A stretch of 64,000 nt of DNA from Amphiscolops sp. MND2022 (taxonomy: Eukaryota), in assembly GCA_964187785.1 (NCBI GenBank), contig OZ076409.1:84136001-84200000 (forward strand), written 5' to 3'. Below, piece by piece: positions 39,016 to 52,268 of this stretch. How positions within the stretch are numbered: position 1 is the first letter of the stretch; every line of letters begins with the position of its first letter. The translations under genes were made by a program, and so were the position numbers. Below the pieces are notes generated by a model. The model did not search any database. It was not told the DNA's origin and saw only the letters and a program-made list of their open reading frames with translations.

Positions 39016-39523
39016 ATAATAGTCGCGTTTCATTTTGTAAAGTGCCGACTAGAAAGCGTTTTAAAAAGTCATTTTAATATGCTCAAGGGTGGCTATTAAG
39101 AAAGTGCTGGAAAATTTCACCAGCAAAAAATTTAAAATGGTGTCAAAATATGGTGACACTTCGGTATCGTCTAGCTTTCGAAACATCTAAAAAAATTAGT
39201 ACTGCAAGGGATTCCAACCCTGGCCTCCTGCTTGAGAAGCATGCCCCCTAACCACTATGCCGAATGGCGTGAACAAAGTCAATTAAAAAGTGAACCGCTG
39301 AGATAAATCCTGTGTCGGGAGAAAAAGCTCGTCATTGTAATGAACATTTTAAAAAGTGCCGACTAATAATGGATCCTTAGCGTAACGCCGTCATCGCAGT
39401 TTTTCAGCATGGGCCAAACGATCGGCACCCACTTTATAGTAGTGACGCAATGGTCCTTTTGCGGGCAATTGACAGTTGAAGTGAATTGAAGAAAATTAGG
39501 GAAAAGCGGAAATTGACGTTAAC

Positions 39524-39756
39524 CTGTAGCGTCCACCGGTGACTAGGCATATGAGGCAGCGTAGACTGAATGTAGGCCTGGATTCGACTGACGAAATGGA
39601 AGGTGAGTTGTAGTTCAAGGCTTTGTTGGTTGGTGGCAGCCGAATAGATGGGCTTCAAATAGTACCCACTGTTGCCGTTAGCTTTGAACAGAGCTTTGTT
39701 GAATGTGTTGGCTTTGTCGTTAGAATTTTGTTGATTAAGGGCCACGCATTGAATAC
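39524..39756 (-). CDS. PLC exon: end of Y box and start of C2
   Basis: ctacAG|GT ATT (phase 1). Encodes IQCVALNQQ...LFKANGNSGYYLKP. Donor CAG|GTtaac, phase 0. Confidence 0.9.
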
Positions 39757-40080
39757 CTGTAGTCGATGTCCAATTTGATTCAATATCTGACAAAACTTTT
39801 CAGTTGACACAGATGAAATTTGTCGAACGTTTTAAACATCCCAAAATTGGTTTGAAATGCTAAATTCACAACTGAGCACATAATTCCGTTAACATTCGTT
39901 TCTCATATTATAAATTACTCACATACCGAATATGTTGCGCTGTACAATAGGAGACTAAAACTTACTGGTATATCTAACAATCGAGCGTGTAGTCTGAAGA
40001 AACACGTTGTTTTGGTAAATGGAACATCAAAGCTTTGGCTCTATTTCGAAAAGATTAGCCGAATTGGACACCAAGATTAC

Positions 40081-40758
40081 CTGCATTCCAAAATTGAACC
40101 GGATCTGGATTCGATGAATTGAAGCGCGAAGGTGAAGGCGTAAGTTTGACCAAATTGTTTTCACAAAACGAAGACACGTCGAAAAACTTCTGTCTGACGT
40201 GCAATACTGCTTCTCTTTCATTCAACTGATACATAAAGTTATTACCCGAGAGCCCGGCTCCAGGATACTCGCCGTCGATTTCGTCTAGGCCGAGAGTTTT
40301 GGACTTCAATGTGACAAGAGACGACAAGTATTTCGAGAGTGCAAGGGTTGGTTTTCGACCCAAAAGTATATGCTGCTTGCGTCTTTGTTCATAAAAAGGC
40401 AAAGATTCATAGGCTCCGCTTTCTGTGAAGCTTGATCCAATTGGCACTACATCGGGGTTGCCGGGGTTCCCCACTGGAGTGTTGACGAATGTTTTGCAGT
40501 GGGTAGGCAACTCGTCGGCACTGTTTTCGTCGGATACCTCGCCATAGTTGTACGTACTCGACATGGCCTCTTCGTAAGTCAGTTTTTTGCATTTCAAAAT
40601 AATTTTACCACACAGCGCTTCTACGGGTAGAGCAAATAAATTCACTCGTTCAGAGGAATTACCACCGATGAACAAGGAATCTTTGAAGACATCTCGAAGA
40701 TAGTGAGCCACCTTTATCTGCTGGGATATTGAACAATGATTTTCCACGTCCAATATCA
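40081..40758 (-). CDS. PLC exon: end of X box, X-Y linker, most of Y box
   Basis: ttttAG|TG ATA. Encodes VILDVENHCSISQQ, LCGKIILKCKKL, LSKYLSSLV, RFNSSNPDPVQFWNAG. Donor G|GTaat; phases 1/1. Confidence 0.93.
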
Positions 40759-41183
40759 CTAAAACATACACAGATGATTAACAACAAAAGACAAATGAAA
40801 CATATGCCAAACATGGTTAAGAACCTGTTATTTTGGGGAGCTAGACGTGGCTAATGATGTCGCTGTAAAAACTTTTAATTTGGAAAATTTGACACAGCCG
40901 CGAGAAACTTACTTGGCAGGGGTTTACACAGGGACATTTCACGCGCAATCTTTTCTTGTGAAAGACGATCAAGAAGCACCGACACTTTTTTGTTGCTGGA
41001 AGCAAAACGTGCTTTCTTTGTCAAAAATCAACCAAATTCCAAATTCTTGGGACTATTTTTACAATATTAGAGGAATATTGTCAAAATTTAATTATATTGA
41101 GAAAATTTCAGCAATTTGATCGCTTAAAAATGTGAGAACCTTTATCAACATCAACATTAGAAGCTTTTTTCACTTTCGAAAAA

Positions 41184-41699
41184 TATGCCCCTCCGGGGTA
41201 CACTATTATTTCTGCTTTGATCTTTCATTATTAATAGAATCATATCTGGAATACCAATACACACTTGTTTAATCATTAATTAGCGCACAATTAATCACTG
41301 GACAAGTTTACACCGCCTTCAATTCTTCTCGGACTAAATAAAAAATAACTACTAAGCTTAGACGAAGTTTCGCATTCGTATTTGAATGCAGGCGAAGCTC
41401 TCCGCGAACGAAAAATTACCACTCATTCGCTTCATCTTAATAACTCGGCGCACGAAAGCATAATTACGAACATTCGCTCGCTTCATCTCAATGACGTCAG
41501 CGTACAAATGCATAACTACCACTCGCTCATTCCATCGCACGAGAGTTGAATTGTCGTCGGCAGCTTGAGAAATTTAATTTTCACGCTTATAGTCACTGCC
41601 GAACAAATTATCTGAATTATTCAGTATCATGCCAAGAATTTTACTGATAAAAAGTTGACATCTTGAGGTGTCAATAATATTCTTTCTATCGCAGAAATA
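41184..41699 (-). mobile_element. HINE-like element family 2, copy A
   Basis: Hairpin CCCC-tcc-GGGG, subTIR TATTTCTGC ... GCAGAAATA; colinear with 61976-62517. Confidence 0.7.
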
Positions 41700-41726
41700 A
41701 TAAGAACCAGTTTTCCAATTCGCCCT

Positions 41727-44700
41727 TTTCAACTCTGACTCATCATCAATTTATTTTGGATGCTACATTCCATGACTAGCTTGTGAACAAACACTTTTTG
41801 GCTGGAAATTTCAGAGAAGACTTCATTGAGATTATGTTTTTACAAAAACAATTACGTGAAATTAATCATCCGTAACTTTGATTCATCCAACCCATGATAG
41901 AAAAAAATTCTTTCAATTAAATCCCTAGTTTTCCCCCGGGCCCACGCCAGATATAGATAACCGTGTAAGGTTATGGGCTCTGGGGAAAGATCCCCATCTG
42001 CTAAATAAAACGAGCATCTAAAGTTGACTGTTTCGGAATGAATCCAGACGGAATAGAAACCCGAAAATATCTTTTTCATTTTTTGCAAAAAAACGATACA
42101 CAACAATGAACTGCGTGAAAGTGCAGAAGTTTGCTGAGCAACATCCTACGTCTTACAAACACACAGAACCCATTGTCCCGAAAGCAGAAAACTTTGAAAA
42201 AACATTAAACTTATTTTCTTTTACATTGTGCTAAAAAAGTCGGTAGTTGAAACTTTTTGGGTGCGTTTTCATTTTGAAAGGCTATATAAACGGTAGAATT
42301 GGCTCTATGATAACGTTTTCAGTCGAGTAAACCGGTATCAAACATAAAATTGTTTTCTCGTTGTGATAATTTAGAAAGAAAACAATTTGTGAAGAGTTGT
42401 TCCAATTCCAATGAATTGAATCAAAATTCCAAAAAATAAAAGAATTCAGAATTACTGAAGTAGTAAATATTATTTTGCTCAAATCCATACTTGCGTGATT
42501 GCTGGTTGCTTGTACGTTGTTGAGTGCTGTAGCGTGTGATGATGGCTGAGATTTTGTTTGAAGACGGAGTTGGCAAGTTCAGTCGTGTCCTTTTGAGTGG
42601 TAAAGAGGAGGATTTCCCATACTTCCAAGAACAATTTGAAGCTCGTATGTATTGCTTGAAGCTGTTCGACGTAATGGAACGTCAGGTAACCGAAAAGGAG
42701 TTAGAACAAAAGTTGAGAGAAGGAACTAATCAGGAAGGACGTAACAAAGCAAAGGAGAAGGCTGAGAATATGATGAAAGATACAAGAATGATCTGGCGTT
42801 AGTTGGCCCAGGAATTGGACAAAACTAATGTCTTGTACTTGAGGGCTCACAGAAGCGACGGACCAAAGGCTTGGGAGATACTGCAAGCAAAGTACTGCAA
42901 GCAAGTTATGAAACCGCGACTGCAGCAGTTGATAGAGAAGCTAACAAGTCTGCGGAACTTGCCGTGGAGAACATAACTGAGTACATATGTCGCGCTGAGG
43001 CATGTCAATATCAGTTGAAGCAAGTTGGAGATGTAAGACAGAAAATGTTAGTCGCAATGGTTTTGAAGGGACTTCCACGAGAGTATGAGACTTTCGCGAC
43101 ACTGGTCAAGTTCAGTTGTGAGTCCAAGAGCCTCGACGAAATCAAGAGACCTGATTATTTTTGAGTGACAGTAAAATGAAGATCAAGGCAGATGTCAGCA
43201 ATTCGGTATTGTACTTGGAAAAACCAACTCGAATCAAATGCTATAACTGTAACGAAGAAGGTCACAAAGCAATCGGTTGCCGCAACCAAGATAAAGGTTT
43301 TTGCTCCAACTGTCGCATGAAAGGTCATTACCAAAGACAGTAGAGCCAAACGATATGGCAACCAAGAAAACAGCAACCGAAGTAATAGTAGGTTTTGCTC
43401 ATGCTGTAGAAGAAATGGCCACAGGTGCAAAACTGTTTCCAAAAAAACAAAGCCTCAAGAAGTGAGATCATTTGTGGCAATTGTAGAAGAAAAGGGCATG
43501 AAGCGGAGGATTGTTTTGCTCGCAAGGCAGCTGAGAAAGTGAATTTCATTGACGATGAGACATTTGAAAATAGAAACGACGAGTTTAGTTTCTTCATAAA
43601 CACTGGTTTAGGCGCGGAAGAGGACCTTGTTTTTGTCATTGATTCAGGGTGTAGCAACTACATGATAAAGGATAAAAACTTTTTCGTTGACTTGGATGAG
43701 AATCACTATGGTGCTTATGAATGTGCTAACAGAACCAGTTCTAAAATTGAAGGCAGAGGAAGGGCTGAGTTCTATGCAACCAAGAGTGACGGTGACTTTG
43801 CAAAAACAAATTTGAAGGACGCGGTGTATACACTAAGTAATGGTCAGAACCTGTTATCCGTGGCCAAGTTGAAAGACGCCGGATCTTCTTTCCATTTTGC
43901 AGAGCGCGACGAGATAGTAACAAAGGAAGGAACCATTTTCGCGTTGGAACCTAGAAATAACATGTTCATTTGGAGAACAATAACCAATCCCGCAATTGAC
44001 ATGAATAACAATCATTGTAACCAAGAGGAAGTGTTGTGCGTCAAGTCTGAAAGTTTGTCATGAGCGCATCGGACATACTAAGTACAATGACTTGAAGCGA
44101 TTATCCAATCATGTCGAGGGATGAAGATGAGGAACAAAGACGAAGACATTTGCGAATGTTGTGAAACAAACAAATCTAAATCTTAAAGCAGTTTTGCTCT
44201 GAAATAGGAAATCCACGCATGGTTGTCAGTGATGCAAAAAAATCAAATCTTTTGATTTCAGATCATTTTGTCGTAAGCGTGGGATAAGACATGAAACGTC
44301 GGACCATATACCCCGGAGGAGAATTGGTAAATTGAGTCTGGGGAACAGTGGTTGGAGTGACAAGACGTATGTTAGATATTGTGGCCTTGGGGAACGAGTA
44401 TTGGTCGAATGCACTTAACTACGCATTTTACGCGAAGAACTACTGTTTACATTCTGCAATTGGCGTGACACCATATGAGCGCATGTACGGAGTGAAATCC
44501 AATATTGAATTTTTGCCGACACTCGGATGTAGGTCATATGTCTTAATTGAGAAACAATTTCGTAAGAAGCTGGACAAAACAGCCGAAGTCTGAGTGTTCC
44601 TAGACTTCAGTGATAACTCCAAAACCTATATTGTGGGAATACCAAAACAGATAGATGACTGAGAATCATACAATCACGAAACGTTATTTACGAGGAGGAA

Positions 44701-47700
44701 AAGATGTCTATGAAGCAACATGAAAAATATGGTCCATGTTCATTAAGTAACAAAGACTTCCCAGAAAACCAAGCTCTATGAAGACATTCAACAAATTTCA
44801 ATCAGCACTAACGTAACGACAACAACACCAATAGCCACATCAGTCGAATCCATAGAAAGTCAGCAATTGACGAGCAGTTAGGCTTTGTAGCAGAGGTTGA
44901 AGAAACTTTAACTTTGAACGAAATTCCAAAATATGTCAACGAAGCTGTGAAGGAGCCAAGTTGGCTGGAAGCAATGGAAGATGAACTCCAATCGTTGAAA
45001 AACAATCAGGTAAGGGATCTAGAGAAAATACCACAAGGGCAGAATTCAATCGGCAGTCGTTGGCACTTTACAGTGAAGTTTGGACCTAATGGTAAACAAA
45101 GTCGACATGTTTGCTGGTGCAAAATTGAGTGCCTTAAGACATTTCGATATAGAGAACCAAGAAGAAACAAGGACTGTATTGCAAATGTTTGTACTATTGT
45201 ACGCAGATAACACTCTACTCCTCAGCGAAAGTGCGGGTGATATGCAGGAAGCGCTTGATACAACAGTCAGGTACAGTGAAATAAATAGGAAGTCATTGAA
45301 CATAGGAAAAACTAAGTCTAGGATTTTTTTCTCGCGGTAAGGTGAGGAAAGTTGAAGATATAACAACTTATGATACTTCTATTGAACGGGTGGACTGTTT
45401 CTGTTCCCTACGCATTGTATTTAGGTGAAATAATACCTTCCAAAATGCGATCAAACACAACATCGACAAAGCAAGAAAAGCAGTGTTTAAAATCAATGTT
45501 TCACCGAACGAAGTTAACCTTGTTGTTATAACGAGAATACATTTTGATACGCTCTCTATTTTATTCTATGGTTGTGAACTGTGGGGTTTTGAAAATGTCG
45601 AACAAATTAGGGTCTTCCATCGCAAATAGTTAAGGAACATTCTTCAGGTACGGAAAAGCACACCAAATGCAATGGTGTAAGGAGAACTAGGACGCTATGA
45701 AGTAAGATAGATGAGATGCGAAGAGTGGCCAATTTTTGGAAAAGCATCGCGAGCGGGAATGGTAATTGCTCCAATAAGATCTACGGAGCAATTGTGGAAA
45801 ACAATCTTGAGAATAAATGGCTGATCTCGATAAAAAACATTCTAATTAATTGTGGCATACCCCTAGCAAATGAGTACGCTAACTTCATTAACGATGGTGA
45901 ATTTCGCAATTTTGTCCAACGTTGCTTCCAAGACCTTGCAATTCAACCTTGACATGTAAAGATACGAACAAGTTCTTTATGTGAGACCTATAGCTCCTTC
46001 AAACATCAGCTGAAGTTGCAGCTGAAGTTGGAGTTATCTACATTGTTAAAAACCACGCGAGAGGATACAGCTATCTACGTTCAAGTGTGCCCCATCTTTT
46101 TTACCCAATGTTAGCAACAGAATGGCAAACGAAACTAGCCTTGTATGGCTTTTCGTGGTTTGAAATGTAACCCAGATGAATATTATATGTTATTAACGTG
46201 TAATGAACTTAGCGAAAAGAGAAAAACTCCTGCCGGAATATGACATGTAAAAGCCAATTATTTTCGTAATTTGTACGCCTCCGGGCAAAAAAATGATTAA
46301 TTCAATTTATTCTACTCTATTCTATAAGGCAAGGTTCGTGGCAAAGGGATAGCCAACGTGAAGGAATTGACTACAAAGAGACTCCGACCGCTCTCTTGTC
46401 AACAGTAAGCGTAGTCGTGAACATTGGTGCACAGAACAGTTGGCAAATAAAGAAGCTTGACATAAAGACAGCTCATTTAAACGCCATTGTCGATGCAGAC
46501 ATTTTCATGAAACAGCCTGAAGGCTTCGGGGATCAAGGCTCCGATGGAGAAAAGCTTGGTTGTAAGTTGAAAAAGCGCTTGTATGGTCTTAAACTGTCTG
46601 GGAGAAACTGGTATTGGTATTATACGTTGAAAGCTTTCCGCGAGAAAAATGTTTTTGTTTGATGTGTACATGATAGTTTGTTGGTTTTTTAGGCATGTGA
46701 ATGATTGTGTGAATGCTGTGTGTCTGGGTTGATGATATCATTTATTGTGGAAAGAATGATAACTTTGTTGAATCGTTTGAGAAAGAAGTAAAAACCAAGT
46801 TCCATGTGAGTGAATGAAACATCGATTACTGTTAACTGTCTAAAGTACATATAGAACCTATTGAATAAATTTTGTATGAGTGAGTGTAAGGCTTTTAGTA
46901 TACCGATGGCTGAACATGTTAAATTGACAAAAGGTTTGTGTCCTCTGGAAGGTAGTGAAGAACAAAGAAATATGAGAACGTAACTATCGTGGTTTGATTG
47001 GAAGTCTGAATTATCTGTGTTTGTCAAGTGGACCTGAGATAGCTCATGCTTCGGACGTCCTCAGTTTCTTTTTGGAAAATCCAGGTGAACAGCCTTGGGT
47101 AGCGAATAAACACGTTTTGAGGTATTTACAGGGAACTAAGGATCTGTTTCTGACGTTTCGAAAGTGTGAGAGTGCTATGTGCCTGGTTGGTTATTCTGAT
47201 TCTGATTGGGCTGGCAATGAAGATCATCGTAAGAGTACTTCTGGTTTTTGTTTCAAGTTAAATGAATCATCAGCATGTGTGAGTTGGTTGAGTAGAGTAC
47301 AAGGTACTGTATCCACATCCACGGCTAAAGCTGAAGTAAATGCTTTTGTGAGTGCTGCCCAAGAGCGTGTTTATCTGACTGTTTTGTTGCGTGAGTTGAG
47401 TGTGCCTGTTGTTGAACCTGTTTGTTTGTATGTTGACAATCAGGCAAGTATAGAATTGAACAAAAATCATTACACCATGGTAAAACAAAACATTTTGCCA
47501 CGAAACTACTTTCAATAGCGATTTATTCGAAAAACAAAAACTGAAGTTAATATACACTCCAACCGACAAACAAACCAGCGGTTATCTTGACAAAAAGCTT
47601 GGAAAAAACAAAAGCCAAACATTTCGAAAACTTTTGTTGGGGAACATGTAGATATGGGTCGAAAGAAATGTAGCGTCGAAAAGACGGGGGTTTCAACTCT

Positions 47701-47808
47701 GACTCATCATCAATTTATTTTCGATGCTACATTTCATGCTTAGTTTGTGAAAAACAATCACTTTTTGGCTGGAGAGTTTACAGAGAAGACTTCATTGAGA
47801 TTATGTTA
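41727..47808 (+). mobile_element. Decayed Ty1/Copia LTR retrotransposon
   Basis: Direct repeats ~41727-41838 and ~47691-47808 (partial LTR match). Copia-type PBS GGTTATGGGC at 41969; PPT aagacggggg at 47681-90. Fragments in copia order: gag with several knuckles, FVIDSGCS protease, partly deleted integrase, RT (WLEAMEDE, YKARFVAKG, LYGLK, WVDD), RNase H (YSDSDWAG). Many stops and frameshifts. Confidence 0.9.
45106..46322 (+). mobile_element. 5'-truncated non-LTR retrotransposon (RTE/RTEX-like) inserted in the Copia RT
   Basis: Motifs LLYADN, LNIGKTK, YGCELWG, ILQVRKSTPNAMV*GELGR; 3' tail tattctactctattc. Excision restores GPNGKQSR|YKARFVAKG. Confidence 0.85.
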
Positions 47809-48942
47809 ATTCTTCCACAATGGAAGTTGATCTTTCCCAATGTTTTCTGGTGGCGATGACTTATCCTCTTACTGTGCCATTCAAGACTTCATTAAAAAGT
47901 CACGTTATTTTTGATTCGATATTCGATGCAAAATCATCACTCGGCATTAGTGGAATTCGGAATCTTGGTATAATACAGTAAACTAGAATTCGATTTCGCC
48001 ACCCAAAATAGAAAAGTTCATCTTAAATTTTGGAAGAATTAGCATTTACAACAGTCTAATCTGGCTATCAAAATCAAAACATCCGCCCCTGCAAGAACTG
48101 GGTTGGTGCCAAAATCTCTAGTATGCATAAGAATAGATAACTACGACATATTTATTTTTTCCTTGAACTTGTTATATAACCCGGTAAATTGAACATTGAG
48201 GATTGATAATCATTGAAACATCTACGGTGAACTAGATTGAATTTGTGAAGAGATGACTAGTTATCTAGAAAAGAATTTGACAACAGAGCAGAAAAATGAG
48301 AGCCACAAAGACTCGAACGTGAGTTTATCCGTACTATAACGATAATGTACCCAGCTCCATCATCGGTTTTTATAGCTTGATTCGAAAAAACCTTTTTCGC
48401 ACAAGTCATATATATTTTCCTGCAAAACTTAATCTAACAAGATTGTTCAAGTCAGTGTTAAGGTTGCCATATACATGAAAATGTTTTATATCATTGAACT
48501 GCAGGCTAGGTTTCTAAAAAGTTGGTAAAAAAGAGTCTCCAAAAACGATTCATTTAACAAGTACGTTCCAAAAGATACGTCATGTGCTGAACTTCACCGA
48601 CGCGCCCACATTGAAAATTTGCTATCACAATTCTCATTCACAGATTCCACACGTACAGCCCTTTTATCATGAAACGAAAGGTCACTTTCTGCGGGGTAAA
48701 ACTGAGAAGATACAGACCTGGGCTCGTAATCACAAAGTCATAAAGATTACCAAAAGCCTTCAGTAGTAATTCATTCAAGTTTGCAAACCAGAGAGGTCCG
48801 ATCAACAAGAAAAACCAACATGCTCAATCATTGATTTAAAATCGCTTACTATTTAGGGCGGAAAATATCCTGGTAATCATTGGGCGTCTAATTATAATTT
48901 CGCCAGTTTTCTCCCTCAAAATATGACATCAAAATCTCTTAA

Positions 48943-49134
48943 CCCTCAATGGACCACTGGGACGTACTCCTCCAAGTTAGTTTTTGCAAACTTCTGAACG
49001 AACCAGCCGACTGTATGGTAAAGAAAACTCTTGAAAACTCTTCGTCGGACTTGAATAGTTTAGGAGATATTGTGGTTTAAACTTCAAGCACCAGATTTTT
49101 GGATGAACCCGGAAATTTCCTGGTCCATTTAGGG
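48943..49134. mobile_element. piggyBac-like MITE related to 23936-24525
   Basis: TTAA flanks; TIR CCCTCAATGGACCA / TGGTCCATTTAGGG. Its right ~60 bp match the left end of the 23936 element in reverse. Confidence 0.8.
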
Positions 49135-50065
49135 TTAAGACTAGCTCAGCAGGTTACAACCCTGAATATTCGGGAATTTTTTGACCACACCGGAAGGTAC
49201 CCTAAAAGTTGTCGAATTTGACTGAACAAAAACTACAAATGTACTAGCTTGTACAAGCGTTGTAGTACTAACTTACTTCCGAAGACAACTAGTCTTGATT
49301 CGAACTCCATTATTTTTTTTCTAATTTTCTTTTTCTAATTTTCTAATCAGTAAACTATGAATAGTTTACAAAAACTATAGAGCCAAGAAGATACTTTCTA
49401 CTTCAGTGACTACCACAAAAATACATTTTACAGCAGTATAAGACGCTCAAAAGCATTGCTTGACAGGTGAACGAACATTTCCACTTGAAAAACTACACAA
49501 TTTTATCAATCATGTTTGACTGTTCTGAGACACCCCTTCATTTTGTACATTACACAGGAGTAAGTAAGTTTGAATAAGCACAGTAGTAAAGATTTTATTC
49601 AACAGGGTTCTGACATCGCTAACTTTAACCACTAATTGCTAAACCTGAATTTCGCAATCGCTAATCAGGTTGATCATGTTTTGCTGGTTTACAACTACAA
49701 AATAGAAACAATCCTTTTTCAAAAGACAGGGACAAAACTGACCGCCGAAATTTCAATTTATGTGGCTTCACGACGTTTAACAGCCCAATCATGCAGATCG
49801 TAAGCTTGTAACTTATCACTGAATGCAGTAGATTATCATAAAAAATGTAAATTTGTATATTTCACAAGAAGAGATTTGTGAAATCTGCAAGTTTCACATT
49901 ACTTGCTTTTTCTCGCAAAATAGATCGGTTGAAAAAATACACTAGGTAGCCAGACACTCGATTTCGTCGACAAAAAATTGAAATTGCAATAATTTTTACA
50001 AATTTAATTGACACAAAAGTCCTAGAAGCAAAACTCAAATTTTGACCGGAATTACAAGTGTATTT

Positions 50066-50408
50066 TTAGTCGGCGCTTTTCTTAAGAAAAGAGTCGACTA
50101 TAGTCATGGCTTTTCGTCAGTGTTTTTAATTTTTTTTTGATACACCTGAAGGTACCAAAATAGTTCTACCAAAAGCTCTACAAATATTTAAGAAGACGCC
50201 AAATTGTACCTGTTGCCCCAAGGAACTGAACCAAAAGGTTTCCCGCGTAACATACAATACCGGACGGACCCTTTCAGTTTTTTTGGCATGGTGAATTTTT
50301 TTAAAAAAATTTCGGGTGCTGTAGAAGAGAATACTTTGACACTTTGAAATCCTTTTCCTATTTTTGAGCCTTAGATATGGCGCCGACTTGGGCCGGTCCC
50401 AGCTTGTT
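50066..50408 (+). mobile_element. HINE-like family 1 copy in canonical orientation
   Basis: tttt-AGTCGGCGC...gtcgacta stem-loop ... GCGCCGACT-tgg-gccggtcccagc-ttgtttt. Confidence 0.72.
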
Positions 50409-51231
50409 TTGACTTCTGGCATTTTGTGAAATTCATCATGCAATATCTCAAAACCGTTGTTCGTAGCAAAAAATGTCTGCGACAAACTTGTACCTCGGAT
50501 TCAGATCGCTGAAAAAAGTACACCGCAAAATAATCACAGTGAATTCTTCAATTTTTACTCTGTAAAAAGATGGTTTTGACGGAATTACAACTGCTCTTGG
50601 CTGTTCATTTTTCAAGGAAGCACTTCCAGCAAAATGTGTTGAACATCAAACTTTAAGAACGGTGTCAAGGCTACAAAAATGATCGAGGGGGTTTTCCTTC
50701 TGACAAGTAGGTTTTGAGATTTTGCGTAATAAACTTCGGAAAGTTCCAAAACTCCTCAGAAAACCATGTTAAATAACTTTTGAAGCTTTGTTTTGACTTC
50801 CAAGCAAAAAATACCGTTGAAATTCTGATCAAAATTTGAGACTTTTAGTAGAGACTATAGAAAATGAATATATTAAAAGATATTGCGCTTCGAGACTTCT
50901 CGTTAGCCAAATTGAGTGTATCTAAACTTTTGGTACCCTAGTGTATTGTCTGGCAGTTTTTCAGAGTGACGTTTTTTTAACGACCCAGTAAAACGATGAA
51001 AATTTTTCGAAGATTCGAAAACTCTAGAGCACTACCGAACGAATCTTTCAGTTGGAAGATAATTATTGGTCATGATCTTCGCAAGCGGAATGTACACAGA
51101 CCATAGAAACGATGCATCAGAAAACAGACGAATAAAAGACACTTGACACTTCGATGCTGAATTTCCCGAAAAGGAAGCATCATGAGAGTACATGTACATT
51201 GCTCCGTAGGACAGGTAATTAAAGGTCGCTA

Positions 51232-51435
51232 GGATCTTTTCTGTTAATCCCCCCCCTCCACCAATTCAATTCCCCCCAGTTAAGGGGTCAAGTGAAATTA
51301 TCATTGAATTAATAGTAACAACCAATCAAATTGCAGTATTTCACAACTGTAACTGCAACTGACACTCATCGCTGATAGTGGTGGGGAATTAAAATTTCCG
51401 CGCTTACTGTGTGGGGGGATTAACAGAAAAGATAC
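51232..51435. mobile_element. MITE with ~22-bp TIR
   Basis: atcttttctgttaatcccccc / ggggggattaacagaaaagat; 8-bp flanks ggtcgcta / ggttgcta. Confidence 0.75.
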
Positions 51436-52268
51436 GGTTGCTAATTATCATCCTATTTGCGAAGATGTTTGTCTTAAATAGGCGGCAACCGCATAACACG
51501 AAACGGAAGCTTTTAATTTCAAATATCGAGTATCTCTGAAAAGAATTTGATTATTTTACAGGATAGCCGACTACCTATAACTCCAATGCTAATTTAAACC
51601 GCAAGTACTTTCCTTTCCGTAGGGTTTCATTTAATGACATCAAAAAACAAACTATCGCTTACCATGATTTCGCGTTGAAGTGATGTAAGAAAAGCAACTT
51701 TTAGATTAGAAAATAGGCTTCCAAGAGTATAATCTGTAATAGCAGAACTTCATTACTTTGAATCTGAAAATGAAATCCGTTGACTTTTCAAGGGAGAGAA
51801 AATTGTTACATGGTTTGCCTTGTATTTAATTTTCCGGTTTAAACTAATGCTTTTACCAAAAAGCTGGAAATCTACTATTCAAGGCAAAAACTCATTTTAT
51901 TGGATATGCATTCCACGACAAAAGAGCAAAATGTCTCAGGACTTGATCAAACTTGTTTCAAATCGAATCAATGTTTTTAAAAAAATTATCACTTTGTATT
52001 TGGGGATTTTTTGAATTATATTAACCAAAGAAAAGAACAGCAAAAAGTCGTACTTCGTCGAAATACGCAGTAAAATTTGAAATTATTCGCCTCGGTGACC
52101 ACTTTGCTCAGTAAATTTTAGGGAGCGCTATCGGAAAAGTTAGTGACAGAAATACAGAATTTGTGTATGACGAAAACTTTCAAACAAGCGAGGTGAAATT
52201 CTTCACGCATTTTTCTTGGCTTTCAAAAAACATGGCAATTTTCATCAAAAAGTTAGATAATTTTGCAC

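Larger units (their letters stand above)
33128..39051 (-). mobile_element. HINE-like family 1 copy split by Gypsy-2
   Basis: Starts aagccgggaacggcataagtcggcgcc. Removing Gypsy-2 and one TSD restores 'ccactataatagtcgcgtttcattttgtaaagtgccgacta'. Confidence 0.75.
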
